DNA of 62,549 bases, the filler included. It is 5 parts of 5 records of this genome, joined end to end, with 100 filler letters (N's around TTAATTAATTAA, not from the genome) between each part and the next. Parts side by side here need not be neighbours in the genome. Positions count along the whole stretch, not along the records: positions 50,282 to 62,549 come from DRR378314_1250; 4 more parts are not named here. The stretch is one strand, 5' to 3'. The notes under the pieces are model-generated. The model was not told the origin of the DNA and ran no database searches. It saw only the letters and a program-made list of their open reading frames with translations. Both the position numbers and the translations under genes were made by a program. Within the stretch, counting starts at the first letter, position 1. Every line of letters begins with the position of its first letter. Shown one piece after another: positions 61,824 to 62,549 of the stretch.

Positions 61824-62549
61824 ATGCAGTCATCAAACGAACCGAGTTTTCGCGAAAGCGTGGATATCATGTTTAACCGCGCCGTTGCATTGATGGATCT
61901 GCCGCCGGGGCTGGAAGAGAAAATCCGCGTTTGCAACGCCACCTACACTGTGCGTTTTGGTGTGCGTCTGCGCGGCAAGATCCAGACATTCACCGGTTAC
62001 CGTTCGGTCCATTCCGAACATATGGAGCCGGTCAAAGGCGGTATCCGTTATTCGCTTGGGGTGAATCAGGATGAGGTTGAAGCGCTGGCCGCTTTGATGA
62101 CCTATAAATGTTCACTGGTAGAGGCCCCCTTTGGTGGGTCCAAAGGCGGACTGTGTATTGATCCGCGTGAATATGACGAGCATGAGCTTGAATTGATCAC
62201 CCGCCGCTTTGCCTATGAGTTGATCAAGCGCGATATGATCAACCCGGCCCAGAACGTGCCCGCCCCAGATATGGGCACCGGCGAGCGCGAAATGGCCTGG
62301 ATTGCGGATCAGTACAAACGCATGAACACCACCGACATCAACGGCGTGGCCTGTGTGACCGGGAAACCGACCAATGCGGGCGGCATTCAGGGCCGCACCG
62401 AAGCGACCGGGCGCGGCGTGCAATATGCGCTGCACGCATTTTTCCGCGACAAACAGGGTATGGAAAAGGCCGGGCTGACTGGCAAGCTGAAGGACAAGCG
62501 GGTTGTCGTGCAGGGGCTGGGCAACGTGGGCTATCACGCGGCCAAGTTC
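61824..62549 (+). CDS. gdhA: Glu/Leu/Phe/Val dehydrogenase (glutamate dehydrogenase), 5' part
   Basis: Manual translation from ATG 61824 after AGGAG: PVKGGIRY, MTYKC, PFGGSKGG, VPAPDMGT, GRTEATGRG, QGLGNVG; absent from ORF track (no stop in window). Confidence 0.92.
   Translation, partial: MQSSNEPSFRESVDIMFNRAVALMDLPPGLEEKIRVCNATYTVRFGVRLRGKIQTFTGYRSVHSEHMEPVKGGIRYSLGVNQDEVEALAALMTYKCSLVEAPFGGSKGGLCIDPREYDEHELELITRRFAYELIKRDMINPAQNVPAPDMGTGEREMAWIADQYKRMNTTDINGVACVTGKPTNAGGIQGRTEATGRGVQYALHAFFRDKQGMEKAGLTGKLKDKRVVVQGLGNVGYHAAKF

Noticed and set aside
62112-62537. 141-aa minus-strand ORF at the window end
   Set aside because: Antisense to the glutamate dehydrogenase frame starting at 61824

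Overview
This window is not one genome. It is five unrelated contigs joined by 100-nt artificial spacers (N44-TTAATTAATTAA-N44), most likely from a marine mixed community; taxonomic labels below are inferred from protein style and gene order. (A) 1-19759: an alphaproteobacterial housekeeping region (glyQS, ppdK, mrp, hflKC, degP-like, serB, miaA, ilvBH, ilvC). Its left end switches inside ilvC to an AT-richer, gammaproteobacterial-type ilvC-pssA-leuA tract. It also carries a degenerate signalling pair: an Asp-less receiver and a GGDEF/EAL-like pseudoenzyme. (B) 19860-28790: Halomonas-like atpDC, mgtE, CDF, uppP, apbE, glmU, nhaD. (C) 28891-42227: GC-rich Alcanivorax-like DNA with a Baeyer-Villiger monooxygenase bearing a histone-H1-like tail, an AlmA/EthA-like monooxygenase, CHAD, GST, LysR/AKR, icd, fluC and a collapsed AraC/RND/OMF collage. 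(D) 42328-50181: Halomonas-like cysA, AlkB-like dioxygenase, EamA, YajG, TPMT, SH3 protein, DUF1820, then an ATP-grasp ligase coupled to a large unknown protein with a papain-like Q-x5-C motif (best candidate for an undescribed system, truncated by the contig end). (E) 50282-62549: Roseobacter-like carnitine dehydrogenase, SDR, a 167-bp palindrome, XRE/desaturase, an EF-hand/ECF sigma/anti-sigma/metal-sensor module, tadG/tadE/tadE and glutamate dehydrogenase. No rRNA, tRNA, CRISPR array or intact transposase was seen.
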